The position numbers and the translations under genes are program-made. From assembly GCF_009914755.1 (NCBI RefSeq), contig NC_060946.1: a stretch of 64,000 nt of DNA; one strand, given 5' to 3'. Of this stretch, positions 12,395 to 26,898 are shown piece by piece. This DNA comes from the human T2T-CHM13v2.0 reference genome, Homo sapiens. The first letter of the stretch is position 1. Each line of letters starts with the position of its first letter. The notes below the pieces were generated by a model. It made no database searches. It was not told where the DNA came from and saw nothing but the letters and a program-made list of their open reading frames with translations.

Positions 12395-12790
12395 GTAGTG
12401 TAGGGTCCTGGGTAACAATGGGACTCTGGAGCAAGGCTCCCTGGGTGCAAACCCCAACTCCATGTGATCCTGACTGACTCACCCCACTCTCTTGGTTTCC
12501 TCCTCTCTAAAATAGGATCAGTCTGGTACTGGGAAAATTAGCATATGCAAAGTGCTTAGAAGGGTACCTGCCACATAGTAGGCACTCATCAAATATGAGC
12601 CACATTTATTGATTGCATACCAACCTTATAAGAAAGATGTGATTATTATTACCATCTCCATTTTAAAGATGAGTGATCTGAGGCTTACATAGGATGAACA
12701 GGACCAAGGCTTCACAGATAGAAGTTGGAAGTCGGCAGAGGTGTCATTGGAACCCAGGTCCTGAACTCTTAATGGCTCTGCTATATGGCT
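12395..12790. mobile_element. Tail-to-tail MIR pair (+ then -)
   Basis: + copy ends ACATAGTAGGCACTC; - copy CCATTTTAAAGATGAG..CTGAGGC. Confidence 0.7.
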
Positions 12791-13520
12791 TCTGATCTCA
12801 GCCTCAAGGTCAAGGCTACACACAAGTGATACCAAACCTGAGAATCCAGATTCAAGCTGGAAAATGATCTAATCACTTCCACCAAACAGAGCCTGGCATC
12901 GCCAAACACATCAGGGGAGGCCAGCTCTGTGTGTGGACCACTGCAGTTGTTCTCCTGGGCCGGGCACTGCTGTGGCAGAAACACAAGATCTGAGACAGGC
13001 AGCCATAGGTTCGAGTCCTAGCTACTGGCTAGGGGACCTTGGACAAGGCACTGATAGTCCCAAGACTCAGTTTACCCATCTGTGCAGTGATATATTTGGC
13101 TAGCTCAAGTCAAAAAAAATCTTCCAGCACTGCTGCGACCTTTTAACTAATCAGTCTGTGAATTTAGCCCAGAAAAAGGAAAATGCTATCTCCCGGAGCC
13201 TCCTCTGATGTGCTCTATGGTCACCTAACCTGTCTGAGACTCAATATACTCATCTGATAAATAGGCAGAATAAAAATAAGAGGTGCCCTGCCTCTTTTCA
13301 GAGTCACTGTGCATGCAAAGACCGCAGCTTTGGAGGCCAGAATTCCTGATGTTGATTCCCACATCTGTTCTTCCCAGCAGATGCCTTTGGGTAAGTCTGA
13401 GCCTTAGAGCCCTCATCTGTAATTCAGGAACAGGAATTCCAATTTTGCAGGCTCATTTAAAGATGTAAAGATAACATGCACTTAGGATCTGGCACATAGT
13501 AGGCATGTGGTTAACAGTAA

Positions 13521-13862
<342 letters not shown>

Positions 13863-14919
13863 TAGGCCAGGCAGGGTGCTGGCCTTATGCATTTTGAGCT
13901 TGTAGCATAACTAAGATTATTAACACGAAGAGGTTTTCTATAAACTGTAAAGTCCAGTGCACACGTACATGACCCCAGCAGAAGGGTCATCAGACGTCCC
14001 CAGGGGCCTCCTTAGGAACAGAGACCCTGTATAAGGAGGCCTTACAGTCACCACAAGAGGCTGGGTGCAGGCCTCCCATCCGAAAATTTTCCATTCATTA
14101 GAATTTGAGACATTCACAACTCAGCAAAGGCATCTGAGGCTGATGACAGAGCCGCAGCCCGGCCGCTCCAGCAAGGTAGAGATGAAGCACCCATTGATTT
14201 CTTTCCAAGTTCCAATGGCATGTAATGATGGCCTTTTCCTCCACTCATAAACCACATATGGAATTAATAGCACCGGTATCACGCCAGACGAGGCTGGGTT
14301 TATTCACCAGAAACAATGAGACATTAAGAAAGCCAGGGCAGGAGAGGCACAGAAGGCTTTAACAAGCTTCTAGGTGGGATGTTTATTCCTCCCTCCCTTT
14401 CCCCTTTATTGAATCTGGTCCTTGCTGATTTGGTTACAGCCTGTGATTTCAGTTTATGATTCAATAACCCATTTGAAAGCTTGTAAATAGCACGGTTCTG
14501 CTATCTGCTCCCTCCTCCCCAAGGGGGCTGCCACTGAGGAAAGAGTGAGAGCTTGCTCCTTCTCACAGCTGGTTGGGCATCCCTCAGAGGGACGTTCTGA
14601 GGATGGGGTCTCTGAGCAAAGTAGATCTGGGGTGGGGTCTTGATCATTAGACAAGGTAGGTCTAGGCCGAAGCATCATCTAGACAACAGGGACCCGCCAA
14701 TCCAAATGAGGATGTCTGCTACTGCCACTGCAGACATGACCACGTCTGGGTGTTTCTGATCCTCCCCACCAGACCCAGGGCCTGAGGACCCCACTGGCAC
14801 AAGCCTCAGCTCACCCTCTTAGAAACCCATGAGAGTGACCACAGCAGCTCTGGTTCACAGGTTCTATGAGTCTGCCTAGCCACACTTCCTCTGCCGCTTC
14901 CTCACCTCCCCTCCCTCCC

Positions 14920-15138
14920 CAATTCTCTGCTAACTGGCTAGCCTGCTGGTCCCAAGAGGAGGAGGAGAGACACGTGGAAAGGAACCCTACCCCCAGACAA
15001 GCTCAGTCTAAAGCAGATCTTCTGACTGAGCTGCAGATGCATGCGTGAGTGCAGGCAAATAACAGATCAATAAGTTATTGATTATTTAAATCACTGAGCT
15101 TGGGGTTGCTTGTTTTGCAGCAATAACTAACTGATACA
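14920..15138 (+). mobile_element. MaLR (old MLT1-type) LTR 3' part
   Basis: Ends TTGCTTGTTTTGCAGCAATAACTAACTGATACA, typical MLT1 terminus. Confidence 0.7.
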
Positions 15139-17069
15139 TTATCTAGTGGGGGGCTTTTCAATTTTGTTAACTAAATGAGTGAATGATAAAATGCATGAGG
15201 CGGTTCCCTAGATCACTGGGTTTGTAAATTGAAGAGGTGTTAACAGGGGGATCCTGTGCTTCTGTGTTTCTGTTTCTTAAATTCCTAGTGGAGAAGTTGA
15301 GGCATGATTCTCTCCAGGGGAGCAGCATGGTCCATGATGAAAGATCCGTGCTGATCTTCACCCCATTCTGAGTCACCTTTTGACCTTAATGAGAGCAGTC
15401 TGCTGCCGGGAAGCTGAGCATGAGGGGAAGGGGAAGCTATGGTGTGAACAGCTGAACTAAACATGTCTTCTAGACTACCCTGCCCACAGGGAAAAGCCAA
15501 GTGCCAGGGAAGACCTTCAGGCTGGCATTACCCACCTCATGGCCTCATCTCCTGCAGCTCCACACTTCTAAGATGAGACATACCATTTTCCTAAATGGTC
15601 CAAAAAAACACAGCTTTTTGGACCATGCTTTTGCATGGATCCCTGCCTTCGTTGCTACCATCTCCCCTGTCTGGTGATCCCTTTTCTATGTAGCCAGTGA
15701 ATGAACTCCTATTCACACTGTAAAACCTGGCCAACAAAGCCCTCTGTGAGGCCTTCCCCACACTCAGCTCAAACATTCTTCTTCCGATACTGAAATAATT
15801 TAACTACATGTGAGGCCACGCAGGTCCCAGGCCCCCAACTAGACTGTGAACTCCTCCAGAACATGCTCGATAAAGTGGAAGACAGTGATGAGTAAATGAG
15901 TGAGTAATTAGAGTGGAGACTTTTCCAACCAAGGAAGATCGTTCCATGAAAATACAATGGGCACTGGAATCAACAAATCCTGGGTTCACATCCAGACAAT
16001 TGTGACTCCGTGAAACCAGGTTAGTTTCATTGTTTTTGAGGTGTCAGTTTCCCTACCTGTAAAATGGGACCATAGAGTAATGATGTAATGATTTACCTTC
16101 ACCAGGAGAAAGGCTTGCTTCCTTCCCTCTGCCAGGTGACTCATAGGCTTCCTCCTCTTCTTGGGGTCCCTGCCTTTTTGACCTCCTTTCTGGCACCTCT
16201 GCCAGGAGTGAAAGGTCCCAAGCATTGGAAATCAAAGAAAGGCTGGAGCTCAGGCTTTGCTGAAGGCAAATTTCCCTCCCTAAAGAGGTACCAGTGAGCA
16301 GTGTAATGCAAAAATCATATTAATAATAATAACTCCCACTTATCAGTCACCAATGAGGACTTTTCATTCATCATCTTGCAACAGTCCTGCAGGGTAGGAC
16401 AATAATATTCTATTGACTGATTGATCTTATCTACTAAAATGAAGTTGCATGGTTATGATTTGTAGGTCTTCAAAATGCTAGTGAGAACAGATTCATGGAA
16501 AATAATAGTAATTCAGTTCTATAAGATGATTGAAATCTCAGGTATTCAGTATGCTTATTATAAGTCTATTTTATAATTAAAAAATCCCCATTTTAAAGAT
16601 GAGAACACTGAGGCTCAGGGAGGTGATGAGACCTGGTGAGATGGCTTTCCTGGGTCCCACTCTTATCTCACCATTCTCTAATTGGTCTGAGGATCTTTTA
16701 TCTTTGACCCTGTATACCTGTGCTGCTGACCACTGGGATATCATTTTTTGATTTGGAAATGATCTCAATGAGTTTGTGGTTTGGGTTTCCCGGGCTCTGG
16801 GCTCTGTTCCCTGGAGACCGCAGGGTGGGGCATGAAAAGCAAGATCCTAAAAAGCTCCTGGGGCGTTTCTCTGTATGTCTGATGGGTTCTCTCCACTTCT
16901 AAGATTCCACACTTGACAAACATCTTTTCAGCACCAAGTGTTTGCCAGGCTCTGTGCCCAGAGGGAGAGATGCTTAAATAAATGACACTGTCATGCTCTT
17001 GAGAGCTGCCCTGTCTGATGGCCAAGGTAGCCATGAAGACAAGCTTCTGGAGCCCATTTATCTAAAGCC

Positions 17070-17257
17070 TGTAGTTAGTGACACTTGGGAGTGAGGTCCC
17101 ATTAAGGCATCATCTTGGTGCCATCTCCTGTCAATGCTCATGGCTGCCTGGAGGCCCCAGGGCTCGGAAAGAAAGGATGCTATGATTGATTAGCAATGTC
17201 TGCCACGTGCATGGCTAAGAGAGTTCTAGCCTGTGTGCCAATTATCTGCCACCCCTG
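17070..17257. mobile_element. hAT-Charlie fossil (MER102-like)
   Basis: GATTAGCAATGTCTGCCA and terminal TCTGCCACCCCTG. Confidence 0.5.
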
Positions 17258-18184
17258 CTACAGCAAATGCCACTTACTAGGTGTGGCAGCCTGGCCAATC
17301 AGTAGGGATAGAGAGAGCCATAAATAGAATCTCTCCAATCCTGATCTGAGCCTGAGCAATATGCCTCAGAGGAAGGAGGGATTCCTGCTCCTAAGGGAAT
17401 CTAGAAGGCTTCCCTGAGGGACTGACAAGGGAGCTGAGCTTGATGGATAAGTAAGAGTTCAACATTTACATGTGGATTCGATTGACATGTATTGAGCACC
17501 TACTATATTCCATATATTTTCCAGGTGGGGAAGATGGCCAGGAGGTCCCTCCAGGCAGCCAGAGGAGTCAAAGCAAAGCTGTAAGGGACATCACAAAAGC
17601 AGGTCTTCAACACAGCATGGCAAGGGTAACCAGAGAAAGGAGGGTGAGGAGAAGGGAGTGGAGGGGGTAGCTTATGAAGGTTCTGGGGTTTGGACTCGGG
17701 CTTTCATCCTACAGAATGGGGCACCTGGGAGCAATGCGGGACGTTGTACTTGAGAATAATTTCCCTGGCTCCTTGCAGAGGGGGCACCAGCAAAGAGGCA
17801 GCTGCAGGGCTGAGGAATCTTCTCCCTGTTTGTTCTCGGCCGGGAGAAGCAAGCTCCTGCAGCCGTGAGGACGCGCTGCTATTTTAAGCAACCTGCCAAC
17901 AGCCTGCCTGCCTCCCCCGCTGCTGCCTTGACATGCTGCTCCTGACAGCGAGCCCGGTGTCACCCCAGCAGACAGCGCTGGGCGGCTGGATGCAGACACA
18001 CTCCCGGGCAGGTGACAGCTGTGGGCACCCTGAGCTCCTGTCCCACCCTTAGCATCCAGCCTTCTTGACACGCCAGCCTCCAGGAAGCGGAAGGGGATGC
18101 ACCATCCCGCACAGCTCAGGCACTGGGCAGGCAGATTGGGTCCCCTGTCTGGTATTTCCTCCAAGTGTCACCGTGGTAAGACAT

Positions 18185-18325
18185 CGCTCTTCTCAGAGCC
18201 TCAGTTCCTCATCTGTAAAATGGGTATGATGATGTAATAAAAGAGCCTACCTCACAGGGTGGTTGAGGTCTCTTCATGAGAACAAATATGTAAGGCACTT
18301 TGCACACAGTAGACACCTGATGAAA
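18185..18325 (+). mobile_element. MIR SINE
   Basis: GCCTCAGTTCCTCATCTGTAAAATGGG..CCTACCTCACAGGGTGGTTG. Confidence 0.85.
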
Positions 18326-19319
18326 GTCAGAACATCTACACTAACCACTGAATCCCATGATCACCCTCCTCCCCTTGTCCTGCTTTGTTTCTCAACACCC
18401 AACATCATATGAGATGTTTGTTGGACCCAGATAGCGAGGACTTTGAATCCCTGGCATCTCCAACAGCTCCTGGCACGTAGTAGGTGCTCAGGAAACAGTT
18501 ACTAAATAAGGGGGATGATCCTTGTCAAATTGCTTAACTTCTCTCAGTCTCAGTTTCTCATCTTGAAAGCATTTGTTCAAACAGATGAGCATTCGTTCAT
18601 TCATTCACTCATTCATTCAGTCATGAGTCACTGAGTCTCTACTATAGGCCAAATCCCATGTGAGGCTCCATGAGTGCAACATTGGGTGAAACCCACAGGA
18701 CCTCTGCTTGGAGCATCGAGACTGGACCTGGATTCTCTGGTCAAAGATTAAATTCTTAATTCTTAAAGTGGACCAAATAATAGACTATTTGACCTCCAAA
18801 CAGGCCAGTTTTTACCTGGCCTCCTTGACTTCCATAAAACAAGAGTCTGCCTTGTTTCTCTTGCTGACCACCACCAGATCTGGTGGTCAACCAGTCCAAG
18901 TGGGACCAAGGCAGCATTTGATGGTGGGAGGCCAGGCACTGTCCCAGCGGCCTGTAGTTCCCAGAGACATCTGTGTCCACCTAGCCTGTTGGCAGGAGGT
19001 CATCAATTGTACCAGCAGGTTCCAGAACATGTAATGCAGTGTCTGGGATCAGAGTGTGTCCTGACAACTCAGGTTGACCCAGAAAGAGCAAGAAAGAGAG
19101 ACGTGAAGCTCTGCCCACAGGATGGGACTGAGTGAGTGTGACTCTTCTCAAACATGTCCGGACCCTCAGAGGCTGGTCAGTCCTAGAGCAGATACCACCC
19201 TGATCCTGCCCAAGTGTATTTCTCAAAGTCAACTGAAGTCTAACTTCTCAAATAGAGCATCTAGCTCCAAAATTCAAACTTCTGCATTACTGTTTGGTTT
19301 TATCTAGGGTGGTTCAGGA

Positions 19320-19495
19320 GCAGCCTGGGTTCAAATCCTGACACTGCCCCAACCAGCTGTGTGGTCTCAGGCAAGTTACCTTACCTCTCTGTTCCTCTTT
19401 TTTTCTTCTGTGAAACAGGGATAATAATAATACCTACTTTATTGGGTTATTAGGAGGACAAAATGAGTCAGTATATGTAAAGCACTTAGACTAAT
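19320..19495 (+). mobile_element. MIR SINE
   Basis: CCTGGGTTCAAATCCTG..GGCAAGTTACC..GGATAATAATAATACCTAC..ATGTAAAGCACTTAG. Confidence 0.85.
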
Positions 19496-19719
19496 ACTTT
19501 GTCCTGTAGACTTCAGTTAAGGATTTGCCATTTTGTTTTTTATTATCATTTGATTTGTAGGCTTCTCATGTCGTTTAACAAGGAGCCCAATCTGGAGACC
19601 AAAGGGTACAAATATTTTTGCAAAAGTGCTATTTTCTTGGGGCAGTGGGGGCAGATTTCTGGATCCCAGAAAGGAATAGCACTACAGTCTCCTTCTTGGC
19701 ACCTAACTCTTCACTCTCC

Positions 19720-20112
19720 TCTAGCAGTATTAGACATCTACAAGGTTGCCCTGGACTTATGGTGGGCAAAGTTTACATCCCCACCCGTTGATGCTGGATT
19801 TGGCCATGTGATTTGCTTTGGCCAGTGAGCTATTAGCAGACACGATGCAGACAGAGGCTGGACATGCAATTGCCCTTTTGCCATCAGGTAGCTCTGCCCC
19901 TCCAGGCTGGACCCCAGAATGAGACACGTAGAATAGACATGACCCAGACCTGCAGCCTGCAGCCAAGCCCCACTGAACACAGCTGAGATCAGCACACGAC
20001 TGACCTACCTGCAGACCCTTGAGCGAGAAAAATAAATGTGTGTTATTGTTGGCTACTGAAATGCCGAGGCTGTTTGTTATGTGGTATTATCACGCTGATA
20101 GCTAACTGACAT
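19720..20112 (+). mobile_element. MaLR solo LTR (MLT1J-like)
   Basis: TTGGCCATGTGATTTGCTTTGGCCAGTG, AATAAATG poly-A signal, terminal ATAGCTAACTGACA. Confidence 0.8.
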
Positions 20113-20439
20113 GTCCGCCAATGCATTGCCATCACGGGGTTCTTGTCATGATTAAAAGAGATTATGCGTGCAACGTGGTTAATACAATGCCAGACACATA
20201 GTAAGACTTCAACTAACCTTAACTATTTTTCTGATTATTATTCTCATCATCATCATTAAACCTCTCCTGCAGCTGGAGCCAAGGTTGTCCCCTCCTAACT
20301 TGAGGTCAAGTGCCCTCCAAGGACCAGGCACCCACCCCCACCTGCTTTCCACCCTGCCTCTCCTTGATGTTCTGAAGAAATGAGAAAGAAGTGTTAAATT
20401 TGTTCTTGGCTACTTTTCCTTGCAACTCCCAGAGGCCCT

Positions 20440-21210
20440 GCTTACAAACTGAATCAGTTATCAGCTAGTTAGGCTGGCGGTCCCCGGAGGTGCCGCTTGA
20501 ATACAGATAGGGACCCATGCATTATTCAGTGCGAAGACGGGGAGAAATGAGCAATGCGTCCAAAGCCAGAACAGCAGTGGCAGTAAGGGAATAATTAGCG
20601 AGCTGTCACTTGTCCCTGTCACTGTTTCCTCCCTTAACACATGAGGGAAAATAAAAAAATAAAAAAATATACTTTTTGTTAAAAAAAAAAAAAAAGGAAG
20701 ACGAAAAAAGGCAGGGAAGATCATCTTGCTTCTCAAGGCAGCTGGTAGGTTAAAATGTGACACTAAAGAAACTCAAAGCCAGGGCTCTGGCTGAGCTCAC
20801 AAAAGCCATGGCCTGAGGACCCTCCCCCCTCCCCCCCACCCCACCGCCAATATTGTATCGAACTCCCCTTCCTGCCTGACGATTCATGAGTGCGATCCCA
20901 GCCTTCCATTCAGATTTTCTGCACGTTTCCATAGCACTGGGAATTAATTTCTTCCCCCTGAGGAGGAGGTGGGGGCCAGGGAGGGGGTAAGGAGGGAGTA
21001 AATGTGAGGGACACAGCCACCAGGCCTGCAAAGGTTTGAGGTGACCTTCCAGGAGAAAACTGGGATGAAGTTGACAAGAGCTGCGCTTAGCTCGTTTGGG
21101 GACCATGCAATTTGATTATTCATGAGTTTACGCACACAGAAAGAAATCATTTTGTTGCGTGACTCCTCATCGTTTCTTGTGGAAGCTATTTTTATTTATC
21201 TATTAATGTC
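20440..21210. promoter_or_regulatory. Candidate enhancer-like unique block
   Basis: Repeat-free, retains CpGs, TAATTA/TGATTA and two CTGTCA (MEIS-type) motifs. Confidence 0.3.
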
Positions 21211-22959
21211 TTGTTAGAATTGTGTGTGTGTGTGTGGTGGTGGTGTGTGCTGGTTTGTCACTTGGGGGGGTTGAGCCAGATGTGTGGAGGTCTGGGATGG
21301 GCTGAAGGTGAGGCCAGGTTTCTCAAAGACTTCCCCTCCCTTGGGAAAAAAATAGCAAAGATGGGGTGGGGGCGGTGGGGAGAGCCTCTGAGTCTTTGCT
21401 TGTTTGATTCACGCATCTGCTTCCCATTGGAAATGAGGAGGTTACCTTTGGGTAGGACAGTTGCTTTCGGCAGTTCTGAGTGCCGTGAAACTCAACTCAT
21501 TGCGATGCGGAAAATGCGTTGCATAAAAAGAGTCAGAAAGAGGTTGCAGGAGGAAGCAGGGCTTCTTGCAAAGGAGCACAAAGCTAGATGACATGATGGG
21601 GGGGTCTCCAGAATCCAAGTCCAAATGGGACGCAAGGTTGTCCTTGTTTGATTGCCAACTGTTAAAAAAGTCACCCCTCTTTATAAAAATAACCCAGCTT
21701 CCTTACTGCACAGTGAAGGTCACTCAGGGATAGATTTCCTTCTGAAACCCCAGAGATAAAGAGAATGCTTTCATAAAGCTACAAGCCAAGACTTCGCAAG
21801 TCCATGGCAAGCAAACCACTGCCCCTTTACCCAGTGCCCAAGCAGACATTGCTAGTCAGTTCCAGAACACTCAACTCCCATACAGCCACATAAGTCTCCC
21901 AGGCAGCTACTAGCATGCAATCAGAGTTGCCACTGGAATTGGAGCCACGAGAACTCTTACAGTCCTTGCTATGGGAGTGTAAGAGGGTGGATTCTTAAGG
22001 GAGGAAGTCATCACACCAAAACTTAGGGAGTCAGACTGTACAATGAAAATATCACGAGTGCTGGATTAGAGAAACAAAGAGTGTGGACCCCAGTGGGAGT
22101 CTCAGCAGCTGTGTGACCTCAGGGAAATCTCTCCACAGGTGAGGCCTCAGTTTTGACATCTAGGAAATGGGTCTAATAATACTAACTCACTGGGCAGCTA
22201 AGAGGATCCAGTGAAATGCAGCAGACAAACACAGAGCTGTATGCCATACGAAGCCCCTCAACCTACCTCTCTTTTCAGACTCTCAGCCCTCTTCATACAT
22301 GTTATTCCTTTAGCCTGGAATCTCCCCTGGCTAATATCTACCCAGGCCAAATGCCACCTCCCCCTTGGAGGCTTCAGAAGCTAACCCTTAGTTCCTTCAG
22401 GGTAAATTACTTTCTTCGCAGGCCTCCTCTATTCCCTATTTTCACATTTGCTACGTATGTTCAGAAACAGATGACCAGTATAATTTGAAATGTCTTTTCC
22501 TCACTAGATTAAAGATACAGGGGATAGGTAACTTCCCTGTCCCCAGCAGACAGCACAGAGGTTGACACATGGAAGGGGATCCAGTAAAGGTTTGTCAAAT
22601 GAATAAATGAATTGCTATGTGTCTCCAGGCAAATCTGGTCCCTCTCTGGTCCAGATGTCTGGCATTCAGCCCAAGCTTAGACTTAGAGGTGACCAGGCTT
22701 TGTGCAGGAGGGTTACAGATGGGGCACAAGTTAGGGGATGCCACCTCTTCAGCCTCATCCTTGGCTCTGTTACCAGCTCCCAGGCTCACAAAGCCAATAC
22801 TGAGGGGAAAAATAGAGACAGGTTGAGGCAGGAGAATGGTCTTTTTCTGCAATTATCAACCCAGGGAGGTCTAGGATCTGCAGTCAGGAGGAGAAGGAAG
22901 GCAAGGTAGAAATGGAACTCCCGATGCTGATGATTCCAGATAAAAGCCCTCAAGTTATG

Positions 22960-23634
<675 letters not shown>

Positions 23635-23637
23635 TCA

Positions 23638-24095
23638 TGTATAGTCTGAAATATGTCCCCCAAACATAGCAAGTCTTTATGTCTAGAACCTGTGTTACTT
23701 TTTAAATAAAAAGGTCTTTATAGATGTGATTAAGCTAAAGATCTTGAGATGGGGAGATTATTCTGGACTATTCAGGGATGCCCTAAATATAATACCAAGT
23801 GTCCTGAGAAGAGAAAGACAGAGGGAGACCACATGCAGAGGAGAAGGGCATGTGATCACAGAGGCAGAGATTGGAGTGGTGCAGCCACAAGCCAAGGAAT
23901 GTCTGCAACCTCCAGAAGCTGAAAAAAGCAAGAAATAGATTCTCACCTCTGGAGGGAGTGTGATCCTAACAATACCTTGATTTCTACCCTGTGGCACTGA
24001 CCAGACTTTTGGCCTCCAGAACTGAGGAAGAATAAATAGCTACTGTTTTCAGCCACCTAGTTAGTGGTAAGTTTCTACAGCCTATAATTAATACA
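23638..24095 (+). mobile_element. MLT1D-like solo LTR
   Basis: GATGTGATTAAGCTAAAGATCTTGAGATGGGGAGATTAT, GCAGCCACAAGCCAAGGAATG, GGCCTCCAGAACTG..AATAAA, end TAATACA. Confidence 0.88.
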
Positions 24096-24314
24096 GGCTG
24101 AAAATAGGCTAATGACGGAGAGGAAATGGGGCGGAGAAGAGGACCTTGGCTTGTCTAGAGACCAGTCCCTTCTTCCCTGGATATAAGTACCCACTAGAGC
24201 AATGTCACAACACCACAGGTGGCATTGTCCCTTCCACATACCTCTGTCACTCAGTGGATACGGTGGCAACACGGACGGACATTAGGCACACAAGCTAAGA
24301 ACTACTCAGAAGTC

Positions 24315-24510
24315 AGGCTTTTCTGGGTTCAAATCCTGGCTTTGCCACTTTCTAACTGTATGATCATGAACACGTCATTTAACCTCAGTTTACTCATCTG
24401 TAAAATGGGGATAATAAAGTTCAACTACTTCATATAAATGACCCTTGTATGAGGAGGTGACTGGCAACTAGTGGGTGCTTAATGAAAGGCTAACTATTGT
24501 TACTACTAAT
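24315..24510 (+). mobile_element. MIR SINE
   Basis: GGGTTCAAATCCTGGCTTTGCCACTT..CCTCAGTTTACTCATCTGTAAAATGGGGATAATAA. Confidence 0.85.
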
Positions 24511-26239
24511 TATTATTTATTGCACATCCATTTATTGAGCACCTACTAGGTGCCAGGGATTCAACCAGGTCCTGGGGATATAACTGTGAATAGAAATTTA
24601 GGGAAAGGGACAGGGACAGAGACCGCATCCTTGGAGACAATCCCTTTTCTGTCTCCCATGTGGCATTTTGCCCTTGTCTTTATTTGCCTTGGATTCTGCC
24701 CCAAATAGTGTCTTGGTTGATTTTTTTTTTTTTACCAGGGTAGTTTGCTACAAGGGGGAATTTAGAGTCCTGGACTGGGAGACTCACTTTTTCTTCAGTC
24801 TTTTGTTTGTTTATTTAATTTGGACAATTGTACAGTGAATTAAGGTTTGCCATGTCTTTAAAATCTGTGATCTCCATCCTCATGGGGTCTACAGGTAGAT
24901 ATTTTTATTCTGATTTTGGAAATGGGAAAATAGAGGTTTCAAAGGGGTAGAACACTTTTAGCAGGGTAAGAGGATGCCACACGGATTCATCATAGTGTCA
25001 TTTAAATGTATCTGGAGCCTTGGGCAAGGGACCTCATCTCTCCAAGTCTTGGCTTTCCCATCTATAAAATGGGGAGATTGATAAAGTTGGGGGAACCCTG
25101 CCAGGTCATTTCCTCTCTCTAGTCCCCCTGTCCTGAGGCCGTGCAGCCTAGGTGGGGGTACAAGACCTGCTCATCATCCCTCCTATCACATTCAGTGCCC
25201 CGGGGGACACTGGAAGGTCCTGAACTTGGGGAGGACCTATCCCCCACATACTTTAGAGATGACTCCTGAGAGTTGGGTTGAATGAAAGTTCTTTAGTTAA
25301 CATAATGTTACATTTTACAGACAGTTGGTTAAACATTTCTTAATTTTAACTTTGCACTTGTCTTAAAATTTTGTAGCCAATGAATTTCGCAACAGGGGGT
25401 GGTCTCAAATATTTTTGGAAATCTTCAAAAAGCTGTAGGCAAGAGGTCACAGATTGGAGAAAATCTCTGCCCTATCTCTTTCTTCATATCGCTGTCTGGC
25501 TCTTTTCCCTTCCTCCCTCTGTCATTGTCTCCTTTTTTATTTCTGTCTCTCTGTGTCCCTATTTCTCTCTCTGTCTTACTTTCTTTCTGTCTCACACACA
25601 CGCACCCCCAAGACTCCACGGGTGAATGGTGAAGATGCCTTTCCTTCCTCCCTCTCACCATCTCTTCTAACAACTTTCTCCATCTGTCAGGCCATTCCTC
25701 CCTAACGGGACACACATGCATCAGAATCACATTTTCTCCACCATCTTCCCCTTGCCCGTCTAGCCAATGGGCTCCATGAAGAATAGAATTTCCCTCAAGT
25801 ACCAGGGTCTTCTTAGGAATCAGCATGTGGCCAAAACAAATCTCAAAAGGGAGCCACCGGATTATGTAGCAAGAGAGGGAAGGCAGGACAGAGCAAGCAG
25901 GAGCCAGGATGATGAAGGAAACAGCAAGAGAGCTGGCAGCTGATAAGTCAAGAACTTGGCTATTAACTGGCAGAGCCTTGGCACAAAAGACCCAGCAGCC
26001 GGGGCTCAGCACATGTTGCCCAGCCCTCTCCATGGAGCCTGAGATGACTCCAGATGACCAGGCATGTGGTGCAGAAGTGGCTGGTTCTCCCACCAGGCAT
26101 TAGTCCTGGGGCCACCACACCTCCTGCTCAACTGGCATTTCCTAAGAGCATCCTCTGTGCCTGTCCCTTTGTGGAGAGCTTTGCTTCCCAGAGTGTGGCA
26201 TGATTCCATGTGGCCTTATGACTCACTTAATCCTTTAAA

Positions 26240-26800
26240 AAAATTTTTAATAGACGTCTTTATTGAGGTGTAACTTAAATATAATAAACTGCGCCAATAT
26301 GAAGTGAACAACTCAATTAAGGTTTGCAGATGCGTACTCACGAGCCAGGCCAAGATGACACCCCTTTTCAGGCCCCCGGGCGGCTCCCTCATGTCCCGCC
26401 CTGTTAAAACCTGCCCCACTGTAATCACTCTGCTGACTCCTACCACTTCTATTCCATTTTTGAACCTCATATGAATAGATTTATCTAGTGTACACTTCTT
26501 GGTATCAAACTTTCACTTAATCTTTTATCTTCATCATATTGTTGCATATATCAGTAGTTTGCATGTGTGTTTTTTTTAATTGCTGGGTAGTATTTCTTGC
26601 ATACATATATCATAATCTATTTATCCAACGCACTACTGATGGACATTTGAGTTGTCCAAATAAAGAGCTGGTATGAAATTTTATCTTGTGTTCTTTTGGT
26701 GGTTACAAGCATTTTTTTTCTACAGTTTATATATCCAGAACTGGAATTGCTGGGCTAAAGCATGTAAGCATACAGAATAAATGTATGTTTAGCTCTGGTA
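26240..26800 (-). mobile_element. L1M (MC/ME-like) 3' fragment
   Basis: TTTATTGAGGTGTAACTT, TGATGGACATTTGAGTTG, GGAATTGCTGGG antisense L1M 3' UTR phrases. Confidence 0.8.
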
Positions 26801-26825
26801 GTGGTGCCATATGTTTTTTTGGAGA

Positions 26826-26838
26826 ATATATATATATG

Positions 26839-26895
<57 letters not shown>
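26826..26895. repeat. (TA)n microsatellite
   Basis: Long TA run with one interruption. Confidence 0.95.

Positions 26896-26898
<3 letters not shown>

Noticed and set aside
18870-18887. Perfect 18-bp palindrome ACCACCAGATCTGGTGGT
   Set aside because: About 0.2 expected per 64 kb by chance (64000/4^9), with no supporting context.
25425-26093. 222-aa minus-strand ORF, the longest in the track
   Set aside because: No recognisable protein family; partly a CT-rich low-complexity tract; such lengths occur by chance in 64 kb.
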